DNA of 53,973 nucleotides, the filler included, from Basidiobolus ranarum (lineage: Eukaryota): NCBI GenBank assembly GCA_040143965.1. It is 3 parts of 3 records of this genome, joined end to end, with 100 filler letters (N's around TTAATTAATTAA, not from the genome) between each part and the next. Parts side by side here need not be neighbours in the genome. Positions count along the whole stretch, not along the records: positions 36,078 to 53,973 come from JASJQH010000289.1; 2 more parts are not named here. One strand, written 5' to 3'. Under the pieces are notes generated by a model. The model was not told the origin of the DNA. It did not search any database and saw nothing but the letters and a program-made list of their open reading frames with translations. Below are positions 39,323 through 52,679 of the stretch, one piece after another. The translations under genes were made by a program, and so were the position numbers. Within the stretch, counting starts at the first letter, position 1. Every line of letters begins with the position of its first letter.

Positions 39323-39883
39323 ATGCCAACTCTGATGGATTCTTCCCTGAAACATTGGTCAACATTTGCAGTGGACGTTGGTGGATCCTCCACATATCTA
39401 ACTCTCTCCGATAAAGATAACATCTATAAAGACGTAGTTTACACTGACAGCGGATCTGGGTTTATACATGATTCAGATGAGAGCATACCATTTGCATTGG
39501 TAGGCCTATTCTTTCTCATACTATTTTGTATCGTCAGTATGATGGCATACTATTGCCTATGCATCTATTTGCAACACAATCAATCGAAATGGGATGATGG
39601 GGAACTGATTGATAGCGACTTTATGGTGAACTTTGAAGACACCACTGACACACTCTTCGAGCCAGCTCCCCCTTATTCTGGAGCATCTTACTTTTCTTTA
39701 ACGGAATGGGCAGTAGAATCTATTAGTAATGCCCTTTACACTCGGCAATTGACTACTGTTAGTGATCAGAGATGTCTAATTAACCTTCCAGATGTGTATC
39801 CTCGCAATCAGCCTTACGATAGGCCACCACCACCTTCGTATGAAGAGGTGGCTAGTGTACTGATTGAGATTGGCATAGAATAG
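39323..39883 (+). CDS. Single-pass membrane protein with cytosolic PY motifs (putative Rsp5/Nedd4 adaptor)
   Basis: Intronless 186-aa ORF with TM IPFALVGLFFLILFCIVSMMAYYCLCIYL, plus PAPPY and PPPPSY motifs. Confidence 0.7.
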   Translation: MPTLMDSSLKHWSTFAVDVGGSSTYLTLSDKDNIYKDVVYTDSGSGFIHDSDESIPFALVGLFFLILFCIVSMMAYYCLCIYLQHNQSKWDDGELIDSDFMVNFEDTTDTLFEPAPPYSGASYFSLTEWAVESISNALYTRQLTTVSDQRCLINLPDVYPRNQPYDRPPPPSYEEVASVLIEIGIE

Positions 39884-40909
39884 AGGAACTTTTAGAATGT
39901 ACTTTGGTTTTCCACTTTGCATTCATCAGAGTTCGCAACTTTTCAATGCCATATAGTTCAGAAAAACTCAAAGGTGTCTACATATTGTTGACTGTAGATA
40001 TGCCCCTCATGGAGTGGCTTATTCTCTTATAGCTTGGTTCGGATTGATAGGCTACTGGCATATCTCTAAAATAAGAGCACAAATCCACATGTGAATAGTA
40101 TAGACTTTGATCAGAGACGGTTTAATGTAATCATCTCAAATATCTCATAAAAATAACACAATTCATGTATTTATTTCTTTAATTCAATCACGAAAACAAC
40201 AAATTCAAATCACTGTATATGTACCAGAATTAATGTTATCTTTGCATACTTGGGATCACTATTCACCGTCGATGATAAATGAAGGCGTAACCATCTTCAT
40301 CTAGGTATACAGAACCGGTTAATGGCGTATATGACTAGATTGGTTTCACATAATGAAAGAAGTACCAACATTTTAGACGATACGTATCTCTTCTCTCACT
40401 AGAATTAGAATATCAACATTCACTTTGAAATCACTGCATAACTGCAGCGATATGACCCTTCAAACCCAGGTTGTCTTTGAAATTCTCAAAATTTTCTTTC
40501 TGAAAAAGAAGCCAGACTTTGCAGCAAGAACCTGACCAATATTGTACAGCATAATAGAGTTGTATTAAAATTACCGACTAAAATTAAAAATCAAACTCAA
40601 CAAATGAAATATAGAGGAGGTGACTTGCTAGGGTGAAATCAGCATTGGATGGTGGTAATACGCTGGGAGTTAAAAGAAGCCCTCTTTGTTGTGCTCTTGG
40701 ATACATGTTCAACATGAAATTTGGAAATACATCAATTGGTAAGTGAATGATTAAGAAGTCGTTGGTGAAAAGGTATTCGATGGTAAAAAAATATTCCTGC
40801 TATTAATGGTTTGAACAGAACACCAATTAACAAAAAAATATTCGTTGAAATGAGAAATTACTATAAACCCAAAAATAAAATCGCAATGGCCATAGAAAGA
40901 AACGAGTAC

Positions 40910-42566
40910 TCATGTACTCAAACAGTCATTACACATACATGACATTTCAAATACATCAGTTAAATCGATGCTGGTGGAAGTCCAGCCTGTCTCTATGGAT
41001 GAACTTGAGTGAGAGTCAAATTCCTTAATTATCTCCTTAGATGATAGCATAGGAGTCAGAGGAGGGGTTGGTAGGACTGGCATTAGTTCAGGAACGACTA
41101 AATTGTTCGAAGAACTAAACATAAACTTAGGAACTTCAATATTGGTGTCTCCTGGTTGATCAAGACTGGTTATCCCTGAAAAATCTGTGGAGTGTCTACG
41201 ACGACTCGTTACTCGAGATACTGCAATTTGACGTAAAGTCGCGAAATTCATTTGAGCTAAATTTTCATCACAAGCGTTAGTAGGCTCTGAGATGCTTCGG
41301 TAGCGTCTCATAGGGGTTGGTTGAAAAAGTGGTTGCGCGGGAATACTTGGCGAGGTTGTAGCTGAACTTGGTAGTATGGAGTTTGGCAATAGAATTTTGC
41401 CTATTTTCTTGAATGTTTTGCTAGCTCCTTCGACGTTAAAGCTCTTGGTATGCCGGAGTTTATGACTGGTAGAGTTTTCACATTTGAGAAACTCGTATAC
41501 ATCCAAATCTGGTTTACTCTCCTCGGCCTCCGGTAACGTTGGTAACTCGGGGATCGTAGACAACTGCTTTGGTACGTGTCCCAGATTCTTTGGAATTGCT
41601 GGTGTATTGATGCGCTTAGGTAGTTTAGGCTCCTTGAAGTAAACATACAGTTAGTATTCGAGGCCCATGACTATCAAACACTAGTGAGTAAATATAAACC
41701 TTCTTGGAGAATGACTTTGGTGATGAAAAATCTTCAGGGCCGGAACTCTTCAGGAACTCATATAGTGTTTCTGGCTTTTTGACTTTGGTTGGCATGAATT
41801 CCTCCTCAAACTCATCTTTCAATATATCTACTTCTGGGGTAGTTAACGAACTCACAATAACTGGCTCACGAGACTGAAGTCTTTTCATCTTTTTAAGCAC
41901 CTATGGAGGATACACTGTTAGTATCAATTATAGAAGATGAGGGAGGAATAGAATATACCTCAATACTGCGCAATCGATTTGGAGTTAGAGTAACCTTCTT
42001 AGTATCGTCAGCCTTTAATATCTCATCAAAGTTGATATCCTAAAAGAAAAATGAATGAGCCACAAAGGTATACGATCTCGGGTAAACAAGCAATTTACCC
42101 CAGTGACTTCCAGGCTCGAAGGTGATGTTTGGTTGGATTGAACACTCTCTTGACTTCTGAATGACTCCATAGATTTGCTTCTCTGCATGGTTTGCTGGTT
42201 GATTCCTGGCAAATACTTGAGAAGATGTTTTGAAGAAGTCCGGAAGTTCTTGTCGCCGTTAGTAGATTTAACCCAGGACTTTCCTCTATTGAATAGTCCC
42301 GAAAAGGTGGATTTTTTGGGTGGGACAGCAAGCATGGTTAACAGATCTACATCTGTGTCGTGTGTGTTCGACTTTCTCTCTGTCGCCATTTCTAAATCCC
42401 AGCAACTTTAGTAAATTAGAGTGAAACATAATGGAGGATCACGGAATATCCTACCAAGCTGCATACACTCATCCTCACTCGAAGAGGTCGTGCTAAACGA
42501 GCTCTTGTGATGTAGTATCTCTTTTTTCTGAAACAACGATAGCCCTGAGATGAGTAGTTGTGACAT
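40910..42566 (-). CDS. Uncharacterised Ser/Pro-rich fungal protein, about 5 exons
   Basis: ATG at 42566; GT-AG joins link the ORF pieces at 42015-42389, 41625-41900 and 40910-41563. Exon 41959-42039 reads DINFDEILKADDTKKVTLTPNRLRSIE, and a YEFLK motif is repeated. Confidence 0.7.
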
Positions 42567-44680
42567 ACGTATGTTACTTTAATCAAATTACCTCCAGAAG
42601 TTTACGTAAAGCCATTGAAATTCGATATGAAACTAGTCTCAGATATGCTAAAGACTCGGGATGATCAGACTGCGTAGTCTATATAAACGATCTCTCTTTG
42701 AGGTTAAGATTGAATCACAAAAACAATGGGTATCGAGCAGCTAACGGCTGTTGAAATGGGGAACCGCGCATGGCATCTTGAGTATTTATATATTCTTTGG
42801 AAATTGATTAGCAGTCGAAGAACGACAGTTAGGAAGTAGGAGATAAATTCGATGGAAATGCAGGACATAAATGGACCAACAAGCTCTGCTAAATCCTGTG
42901 CGAAACTGCAATAAAAACCAGCTCTGTATATGAGAAAATTGGGCATACAATAAGCCAAATTTAGAACAACGTGACTCCTGCTTTCCACTTGTATTCCATC
43001 GTACCAGAAATTTATAACACCATCACTCCTATTGCTTCCAGATTACCCTTAGTACAGCCATTGTATTTCAAGGGGGGCTGCAAGGTAAATTATTTGTCTG
43101 TCACAGATCAACCAGTAGAATGTCATATAACCACATTGTCAAGACTTACGAACGTTTAGGGGGGAGCGCTGCTGGGCAGAATCATTGGACCTGTACCAAC
43201 TCCATTTCAATGATGCGCAACATACCCTAACTATATGAGACCACATTCCTGGCTTCCACTCAAAACTCAGACCCTGATTGATAGTCACAAGTCAATCAAG
43301 AGTGAACCTTGGATCAATTAGATATGACCAGCATGCTTCATTTACCCATTCGTCTGATTTCATTTGATGTGCACATTGATAAGGAGTATAGGCTTACCAG
43401 TTGGAATGAGTATTTTGTCAACCTGGGTCTACCTTCTCAGCTACAAGTCGGTTGTTTGTAGTTTGAATTCTACATGCAACACTAGAAGTAATCACGTAAT
43501 CAATCACGATGTAGATCGAACTGATGGCATGCTAGATGCCCATGACTAGTAAGCATCTCTCATCACCAAGTAAATGACGTTATGACTTGGAATCAGGTAC
43601 AGCATAAGTAAAGGCGCTCTCCTACACTGCTAAGATAAGCTTGATCTGAATTGTTCCAAAAGTCACACTTCATCACCTTACATACACCCTTATCTGGTTG
43701 GAGTATTCCGTACCAGCTGTAGTATAGAAAGAACTTGAAAGCATTCGCATCATTCCTGAATCCTTGAGTACTAAGGGCATTTAAGATAAAATCTTTGCTA
43801 ACGAAAAAGTATTGATCAAATACAGTGCGTACTTCGAGAATAAACTTGAGCAAAAGAACTAGAAGTGAACCCGATTATCTCATTGTTTATTTGACGGGAG
43901 ATTTTCCCAAATCAGATAAACAAGATGCTTTTAATTCTGTCGAGATTTAGTTATCATCCGTGTAAAGCCCAATTTATACATTAGTGGAATCCATTTAAAA
44001 CTGAATTAAGGTAAAACAACAGTTTGTGAAGGCGAACTCGGGTGACCACTCCTTGAATTGGATAGAGTGATATATGCAATGGTTATTAACCAATACAGCA
44101 ACAAGTGCCTTTCAATCAACGATTTCTCGAAAATGGTAGCGTATCGAGCCAACTTGTAACTCACACTGTCGCAGTAACAGGTATGATATAGTTGGAAGAC
44201 ATCCAGTGCTTATCGTTTCGTACTAGCTTATTAGTCTGTAGTTAGAAGCACTAGCATATATCTTGTATTAATACTTGACTGGCGAATGGGGTCTGATAGC
44301 TACGACTAATGGTGCCTGCAGTTTGAAACAGTATTGCTAGGGCAATAAATTACCGCAAAATTATTTAATTATACGCTAGCTTATGCTTGTGAGAATATAC
44401 ATGATCTAAATGATATTATGAGGCCGCCTTTCATTGGATGATATCTACTCTTTGACTACGAAAAGGCATATTTTCTCCTTACATCCCTTATCCAACTAAG
44501 ACATTGTGAAATTAACAATGACTGTTTCTAATTTATTATTTCTTAATCACCCTCAATCTAAATATTCCAAGCAAAACTTGAATTCTGTCAAAGGCTTAGA
44601 AATTCTAATACTTAGTGACTACGGGCATTCATAGACCCTGGAGCTTTTTCTATTTTATGAATCAATTAGCAACTAGTACA

Positions 44681-47660
44681 ATGTTGAGAACACCATTATT
44701 CTCGAAATTGATACTTTTACTTCTATTTGTAACGAAATGTTTGGGACAAAACGAAAACCAAAAAACTGGTTAGTTAGCTTCCTTTGACGTTAGAGTCCCA
44801 ATCACTAACAATCGATTAAAGCCGCTGAATATCGAATTACTACTCTGCCTGGACTTCCTAGTGGCTACGATTTCGAGCATTATGCAGGGTAACTTCTAAC
44901 ATTTAATTAATGGCCACTTACTGCAAGAAAACCTTTCGATATTGCTAACTTTCCATATTATTTCATACAGACACATTGGAATCAATGAAACCATCAACGG
45001 CCACTTATTTTTCTGGCTTTTCAAAAGTCAGGTTCCCAATTCAAAGAAGCTAGTATGTAGACAATCCATTTATTTCTCCAAACATATTTGGTGCTAACCT
45101 GAAAATATGGTTCGTTTCACTTTAAGATTATCTGGTTGAATGGAGGTAGAGTATATATTTTTATGGAATATAATTCTCTAGCATACTTGTACTAATTCGA
45201 TACAAAACATTTAGGACCAGGGTGGTATGATATTTCATGTCTTTACTAACCTGATTGATATTGAAGTAATTAAATCTATTTTGCTTCGTGAAATGATTGT
45301 GCATTTTAGCTCAAGGTATTATTGACCTCTTTTATCCATTTGAGAGATCTAGCTAAACGATTTACCGTTAGTTTGGATGGAGTGTTCTTGGAAAATGGAC
45401 CACTCAAAGCATTAAAAACTGGCAAGCTACTAGTTGAAGATAATAGCTGGCATAAGCATGCCAATATGCTATTTTGTAATGATGTTTAAGCTTATTTATC
45501 TTAACGATTCATAACTGATGGTTATTTGATTAGTGGATCAGCCTATTGGTACAGGATATAGCTATGGTGATGATGCAGGATATGCAAGAACCATGGATGA
45601 GGTAATTAGTTTTTCGGTAAAGCACTCGGTTAACTTCATACAACTTACGCGTTTAATTAGGTCACCAACGGGTTCGTCGTGTTTTTAAGCCGATTTTTCG
45701 AAGTATTTCCCGACCTCCAGCTTAACGATGCAAGTATATCTAAAAAGGATGACCTTTTGACTTTACACTCATAAAAGTCATTCATTCATCCAACAATAGA
45801 TTTACTTGGCCGGAGAGAGCTTTGCTGGTGTTTATATACCCTATTTAGCGGACGGTATACTGACTTACAATGATAAACCAAAAAATAGGATTAAGGTAAC
45901 TGTTTCCTATTGAGTATGGTGACTTCAGAATGGATTTATTGACCATTCACCTATATTCAGCGCAACCTTAAAGGTCTAGTAATTGGGAATGGCTGGATTG
46001 ATCCTCAAACACAAGTGAGCACTTTTAGCCTAGAGTACTGTAGTCTGTGGGCGTTTATTCTAATCTTTCCTTCTCTCACAGTACAATTCTCTAGTCGAGT
46101 ATGGATACGATCGTGGATTAATTAAGGAGAATCGTAAAGTATGATTATCATCAACTACTTTGTCTATGAGATGTATAGATATTTACCCCGAGTGGGATTA
46201 TTTTCATTTCAGGACCATATAGACAGTCTAAAGACCAGTTGTAATGAGTTATTTGAGAAGAATGGTGACCGTATCAGGTTTGAACCATGTGAAGAGATCT
46301 TGGAAACGATGTTAACAGACTCGTTAGTATTTTCTAGATTCAAAATCCATGTTTTTTATGTGCTAGCTAACAACTATGACTATAGACTTACCGATGGGAA
46401 ATGCATAAATCAATTCGATATTCGATTGAAGGACTCTTACCCAGAATGTGGCATGAACTGGCCGGCACATTTGCTCGAGATGTACGACTATTTAAAGGTT
46501 GGTAATGCGGAAGAAGTGCCAAGTTGGAGTTTATCTAACTAATTCTCAATTGGTCAGAGTGATGTGGTAGTAACGGCTCTTCACGCCGAAGCAAAACAAG
46601 TTCCCTGGCGTGAATGTAATGACTTGGTAAACACTATATTGGGCGATGACACAAGTGCCCCGCCCAAAGATGTAACTATTTTTTGCACATATATACACAT
46701 ATTTCAGCCCCAATTAGTAATCATTCAACACTGGTAGTTGCTCCCTGGTCTACTGGCACGAGTTCCAATTCTACTGTTTTAGTGAGTGTTTTGATTACTA
46801 TTTACAACTTTCTATTGAAGACATTCTTTGACAATCATTGCGTTCTGCTGTATAGTGGAGATCAGGACCTTGTATGTAACCACATTGGAATCGAAAAGGC
46901 CTTACAAAAAATAGAGTGGAATGGGGCTAAAGGATTTGGGGTATGTTTACCTCATTTATTCAACAAGCAATTTGTATAGTTGGACCTTGAAATCATATTA
47001 AATCTCTTGGATTATAGAATGACATGGCAGAGTCGTGGTTTGTCAACGACAAACTTGTGGGTATGCATTCATCAGCACGCAACCTGACATATCTACGAAT
47101 TTTCAATGCAAGTCATATGGTTCCTGTTGATAAGCGGAACGAGTCCTACGCGATGATAAATTGGTTTATGGGTATTGAAGATGCGTCGTATAAAGTCAAT
47201 ATTGGTGAACTTTCAAAAACACTCCCAACTAACAATGCTGGACTTGATGAGGTAGGAATTAGTTGCATAATATATATATACAATCCCCAGTTAACGCAGA
47301 ATTCACAGCAATCCCCACCCAAAGATCTGGATATGTCTAAGCCAAACAACACAGCTGATGGGTAAGAACAATATCAAAATATACATCCCTATATTGCGCA
47401 CAAACACTAATACGACACACACTAGACTTGCCATTGGGTTGATTGTTGGAATGATTTCAATGGCAGCATTTGTTGGTGTGTTCTTAGGATGGTACATTAA
47501 GCGACGACAATATACCATTCTGGCCCCCCAAAATGGACAGGACTCGGAACTGTAAGTTATCTCTATTTATTGGCTTCAAAGTACAATGTTTGCATACTCA
47601 TGCATGGGTACCTTTTGTAGCACCGACTTCATTATTGATGATGAGGATCTTTCTGATTAG
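44681..47660 (+). CDS. KEX1: Serine carboxypeptidase S10, Kex1-like (signal peptide, C-terminal TM, acidic tail), many small exons
   Basis: Spliced motifs [50 protein letters not shown] (Ser), GNGWIDP, YGDQDLVCN (Asp) and NASHMVP (His). TM LAIGLIVGMISMAAFVGVFLGW; ends FIIDDEDLSD*. Confidence 0.92.
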
Positions 47661-50652
47661 GCAACATTACTAACACATTTGAACCTCCATACCCTGTGAT
47701 ACATCCTGTGGATGCATCTCTGCCAAACCATCTATCTATGTAATAGTACGCTCTTTTATTTATTATTTAACCGAAAATTCATTAGAGACTCTACAAAATT
47801 AACCTATTTAGCAAAGATATATATATTTCACAGTCAGGGAGACTGTATAAAGCACCATTTTTACTTATTCACTGTAAATTATATATTCAGTATAATGTGG
47901 CTCATGAGCAACCATTTCATGCCAGCCTATGGTATAGATGTATACTTCTTACATGATAATACCAGTCATATTACAGCAGACGAAGTAATTGAACTCTTGA
48001 CTTGTGCTATCATTACCGTAGATATTCAGCTAGCAACCCATTGAGGTTCAGTATCTGGTGATGAGCGCATAAATTCACCTTCATAATCAACTACTGAATG
48101 AATGATGCAATATATTAGCAAAATATATACTTAACTCATAATAAGGTTGAAATCAGAGACTACCTTGGCTCAAATTAACACCAAAAGTGACCCCAAAGTT
48201 GATGTTTCCTTTCTGAAATGGCCAAAGAATCGGCTATCCCTATACTCAAAGTTACATATCTCGACACTTCATGCTTCCTCCACGAGCACTGAGAATTTCA
48301 GTTACCTAAAGAACAGGTATACCCAGTAAGGTGTTGTAAGGCAACTTGTGATAGGTAATAAAATTCACCAGCATAGATTGATGATAATGTGTGACATATC
48401 CAATCGGCAACACCAATATGAACCACATTAACATCATTACCATCTATTTCTCTTTTACTACAAGTAACTTGTTAATAGTAACAATAGGCTGAATGAAGTA
48501 AAGACGTCATTTTAAATGTGTATACCAGACACTTTATACTAACATTGGTTAAGCATTTGCATAGAGGATAATATTACATATTCATAGCTGGTCAAATGTA
48601 AATTCAAATTCAGTCACCTATTCATTCCCTGAGCTATGCGAATTTACTGATGAGAGGAGAATCACAACAAAACAATTGATATGTACTATTACAAGTAGTA
48701 TATATATACAAGTTAGGATACTTGGCCTGCACCTCGCTCAACTTCAAGTGCAAACTAATGAGATGGCCAAGTAGGCTATCTTGATACATGAGATCATGGA
48801 TTCTTACTCATAACACAGATCGTATTGCAGGGTACCGCGGAGTAAGACATCGGGGCCAATCACAACAATCAATCGAGAAACTTAGTTGGTTGGAAGGTGT
48901 AGCATGATCGAAAGGTTGGAGAAAACTGTATCATTGGTTGACCATTGGCAATTCGTGATGAGTAAATATCTCTGAATTCCAATTAGGAATGAGGATCAAG
49001 TAAACCTTTCTCAACTGTAAGACCTAATTCAATATGATTCCATTCTTTGGACACATGTAATTAGAGGTGCATTGTCTTGTAAAACCGTTGGATTACATGC
49101 ATACAGCTATCATTGGTGATATCGACAAATGCTAGAGCCTAGTCTAGAGTACCTTACAAGCATATAGTTTTCTTAGCGAGGAAACTCATATTGGCAGACG
49201 CTCCATCTACGAGGGTTCGTATTGGACAAAAACAAAACAATGTCTATCCACTCGGATGTTGTTATGATCTGAGATCCAATAGCCAGTAGAACAAATTCAA
49301 TAACAAACCCCAGTCGCATTTTACTACGAGCTAAGTTACAAGAGGCTATTGCGTCATACTTTCTTAGTATATGGATTAGAGGAAGTGGAAGAGAGAGGCT
49401 TTGATTGGATAGTCACTATGATGGTGGAGCGTTCAGCTCTTTCTCACCTAATTTCGCCTTGGCAAGGATATCAAGGCGTAGCTCTATTTTGACATTATGG
49501 CAATCTTGCTGCACTCGTGAAAATCTTAACTCCGATCGGCAGTGCTGTCATAGTGAACATTTCAGAATGGAAGTAAGTAGCCCCTATATTACCACCGCCC
49601 AAAAACATTCAGGAAATGGTGAATATATTCCATCCGTAGTAACCAATCTTGTTGGGTCATGATTCCTTTCATTGGGCATAAGACATATCTAAAGCAGCCC
49701 TATAGTGACTTCCTACTGGCCTTGTGGTATCCATTCACGGGAGGAAAAGGCGCATTGCTTGTGCACAGCTTGAGCGGCTCCAGTACGGTACATTGGAGTT
49801 CCTTGATCAGGACAGCAAAGGAATTCACTGAAAATCGATTATCTTGAGTAAGGACTAATGTCACCTCAATAAACACTTTAAGGTTCGAATGTTAGATAGG
49901 GTCACATTTGGAAGGTGCACCATTTTTGTAATGTAGCACACTGCTCGTAAATTGATTAGATCCACTCAGATACAACGCTTTAACTCGACAGCAATCAGAT
50001 GTTGTCACTTATGTGAGGGTGGGCTTCGATTAATTAATTCATAATGATACTCCAGTAGGGCCTCTAGCCAATTATTGCCCAGTGAACATACTATTTAAAG
50101 ATGAGGCAATACCCTGACCGATTTGGAAACCACGACGAATACGGAGCCTGTTATATTAAAATGCATCATATCGATTTCGGAAAAGTCAATTAGTATGCAC
50201 CAACATGGTTTGAGTATGATGTAGCTGGACATCTAAGCTGGACATTCCCATATTTGCTTGGCGTAGCTTGATGTATATTTATTTAGAATAGCGCATCCAT
50301 CTTCTCAGGCTACTAGACATTGGTTGAGCTCGAGTCATTATTGAATCCTAGTAGTCTACCCACAGTTGGATCTCGCTCCCCACTTTACACAAACTCTTCT
50401 TATTTAGGGAAGTGGGATTAAACTATTAATAAATCCCATTTGAAGTAGTGGATCGATTTCATATGAATCCAAAAGCGAACGGGTTGGTACGCCGGCCCAA
50501 CATTTGGTACATTGGTGTACTCTAAACTCTGAAAATATTGGTTTATTTCGTAGAATTGTCCACCCACCCCATTATTCAGCTAATCTATAAATTTACGGAT
50601 ATCTCCGTTCTTTTTAGTCACCACTCCATTCTCATCGAATTTTTATACAACA

Positions 50653-51839
50653 ATGACTCTTCCTATCAACGACACTCCTCTTACCGTCTCTAGCTTATCT
50701 CCTGAGGAGTACAGACAACGCAAAGTTGCTCTTATCAGTGGTACGTTTTCCATCAGCATTGCATTCCACATGTGATGCATTGTCTCATTCTTCTTTCTAT
50801 TTCAATAGGTATCAGTGGCCAAGATGGTTCTTACTTGACTGAATTGTTGATCTCCAAGGGATATACTGTTCACGGTATCATTCGTCGTTCTTCATCCTTC
50901 AACACTGGTAGAATCGAGCATTTGTATAAGGATCGCCATGAGGATGGCTCCCCCAAGATGGTTCTTCATTATGGTGACTTGACCGACTCTACCTGCTTGG
51001 TTCACATCATCTCCCAAATCCAACCTACCGAAATCTACAACTTGGGTGCCCAATCCCATGTTAAGGTATCCTTTGATATGGCCGAGTACACCGCCGATGT
51101 TGACGGTCTCGGTACTTTGCGTTTGTTGGATGCCATTCGTACTTGCGGCCTTACCAAGCACGTTCGTTTCTACCAAGCTTCCACCTCGGAGTTGTACGGG
51201 CACGTTGTCGAGACTCCCCAAAAGGAAACTACTCCTTTCTACCCTCGCTCCCCCTATGGTGTTGCCAAGTTGTACGCCTACTGGATTGTTGTGAACTACC
51301 GTGAAGCTTATGATATGTATGCTTGCAACGGTATTCTCTTCAACCACGAATCTCCCCGTCGTGGACGTACTTTCGTTACTCGTAAGATCTCTCGTGCTGT
51401 TGCCAACATTCATTTGGGCAAGCAAGAATGCATCTATCTTGGTAACGTTGATTCCCAACGTGATTGGGGACATGCTCGTGATTATGTTGAGGGTATGTGG
51501 ATGATGCTTCAACAAGACAAACCCGAAGATTTCGTTCTTGCCACTGGTGAGACCCACACTGTTCGTGAATATGTTGAGAAGGCTTTCAAGGTTGTCGGTA
51601 AGGACATCATCTGGGAGGGTGAAGCTGAGGGTCTTGTTGGTAAGGAAGCTGATACCGGTATTGCTCGCGTTCGTATCGACCCCAAGTACTATCGCCCTAC
51701 TGAAGTTGAACTCTTGTTGGGTGAACCCACCAAAGCTCAGGAGAAGATGGGCTGGAAGCGCAAGGTCACCTTCCAAGAGCTTGTTGAAGAAATGGTCAAA
51801 GCTGATATTGAAGGTGTCAAAACCGGCGATCTCAATTAA
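50653..51839 (+). CDS. gmd: GDP-mannose 4,6-dehydratase, 2 exons
   Basis: [61 protein letters not shown] and [10 protein letters not shown]. Intron 50741-50808; strong C/T-ending codon bias. Confidence 0.97.
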
Positions 51840-52460
51840 TTTGATCTCTATAAATGTATAGATTTAAATATCAAATTAACACTCTTGATCCCGCAAAATC
51901 CATAATTTCACTTGAATAATATGTATTTTTACTTTTAATCGTCTTAGTCTATTCTGCATCATTTCAATAAAATGAACATTCCATCATAACACAACGTATT
52001 TAGGATTAAATCGTCTGAAAACTATACAGATGTAAGTTTCACGCAGGCAATATTTTCTACATGTTGCTATACCAGATTGCGTTGTCTCAACTATATACAA
52101 TCCATTTGGCGTAAGATCGAGTAGAGTATGCTTTCACTATGATAATTACCTTTCACTAAATAAAGACTCAAGGTGCCCTTGATGATGAAGATTTGCTAGA
52201 ACACAAACTCTTGACAAATCTCGGTCTATTTGTTATTAACCTAACCATGGTAAGTGATAACATTCATAGTTAGGTGTTGATGGGCTACTCTTTAGCTCCA
52301 CTCGATGAAGAGAATAACGTGAATGTTTAATCATCATTAATCGCTGTTGAACATCCGTACAAAAATACAAATTGATAAAATGAACTCAGGGCAGAGTGCA
52401 AGTAACGTTTGTTTAGATTGGCGTATGGCTAGTAATTGAATTATTTATTTACAATATTGA

Positions 52461-52481
52461 ATATATATATATATATATATA
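52461..52481 (+). repeat. (AT)10 microsatellite
   Basis: Read directly from the sequence. Confidence 0.9.
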
Positions 52482-52679
52482 CAGATGTACAGCATATGGA
52501 TCTGAACTGTTACAGCATGGGATTACAAGAGCCATGATTTATAGTACAGAACATGGGATCTAAGGTAAATAAATTGATTAATAAAAAGTTGAAAGAATAT
52601 TGGGATTAACATAAATTATTTGTTCAGAGAATTTTCTCCACAAGGACAAATTAATGTCCTATTCGGAAGAACGAAAGTT

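Noticed and set aside
50892-51776. 294-aa antisense ORF
   Set aside because: Shadow of the strongly codon-biased gmd gene, with no recognisable motifs.
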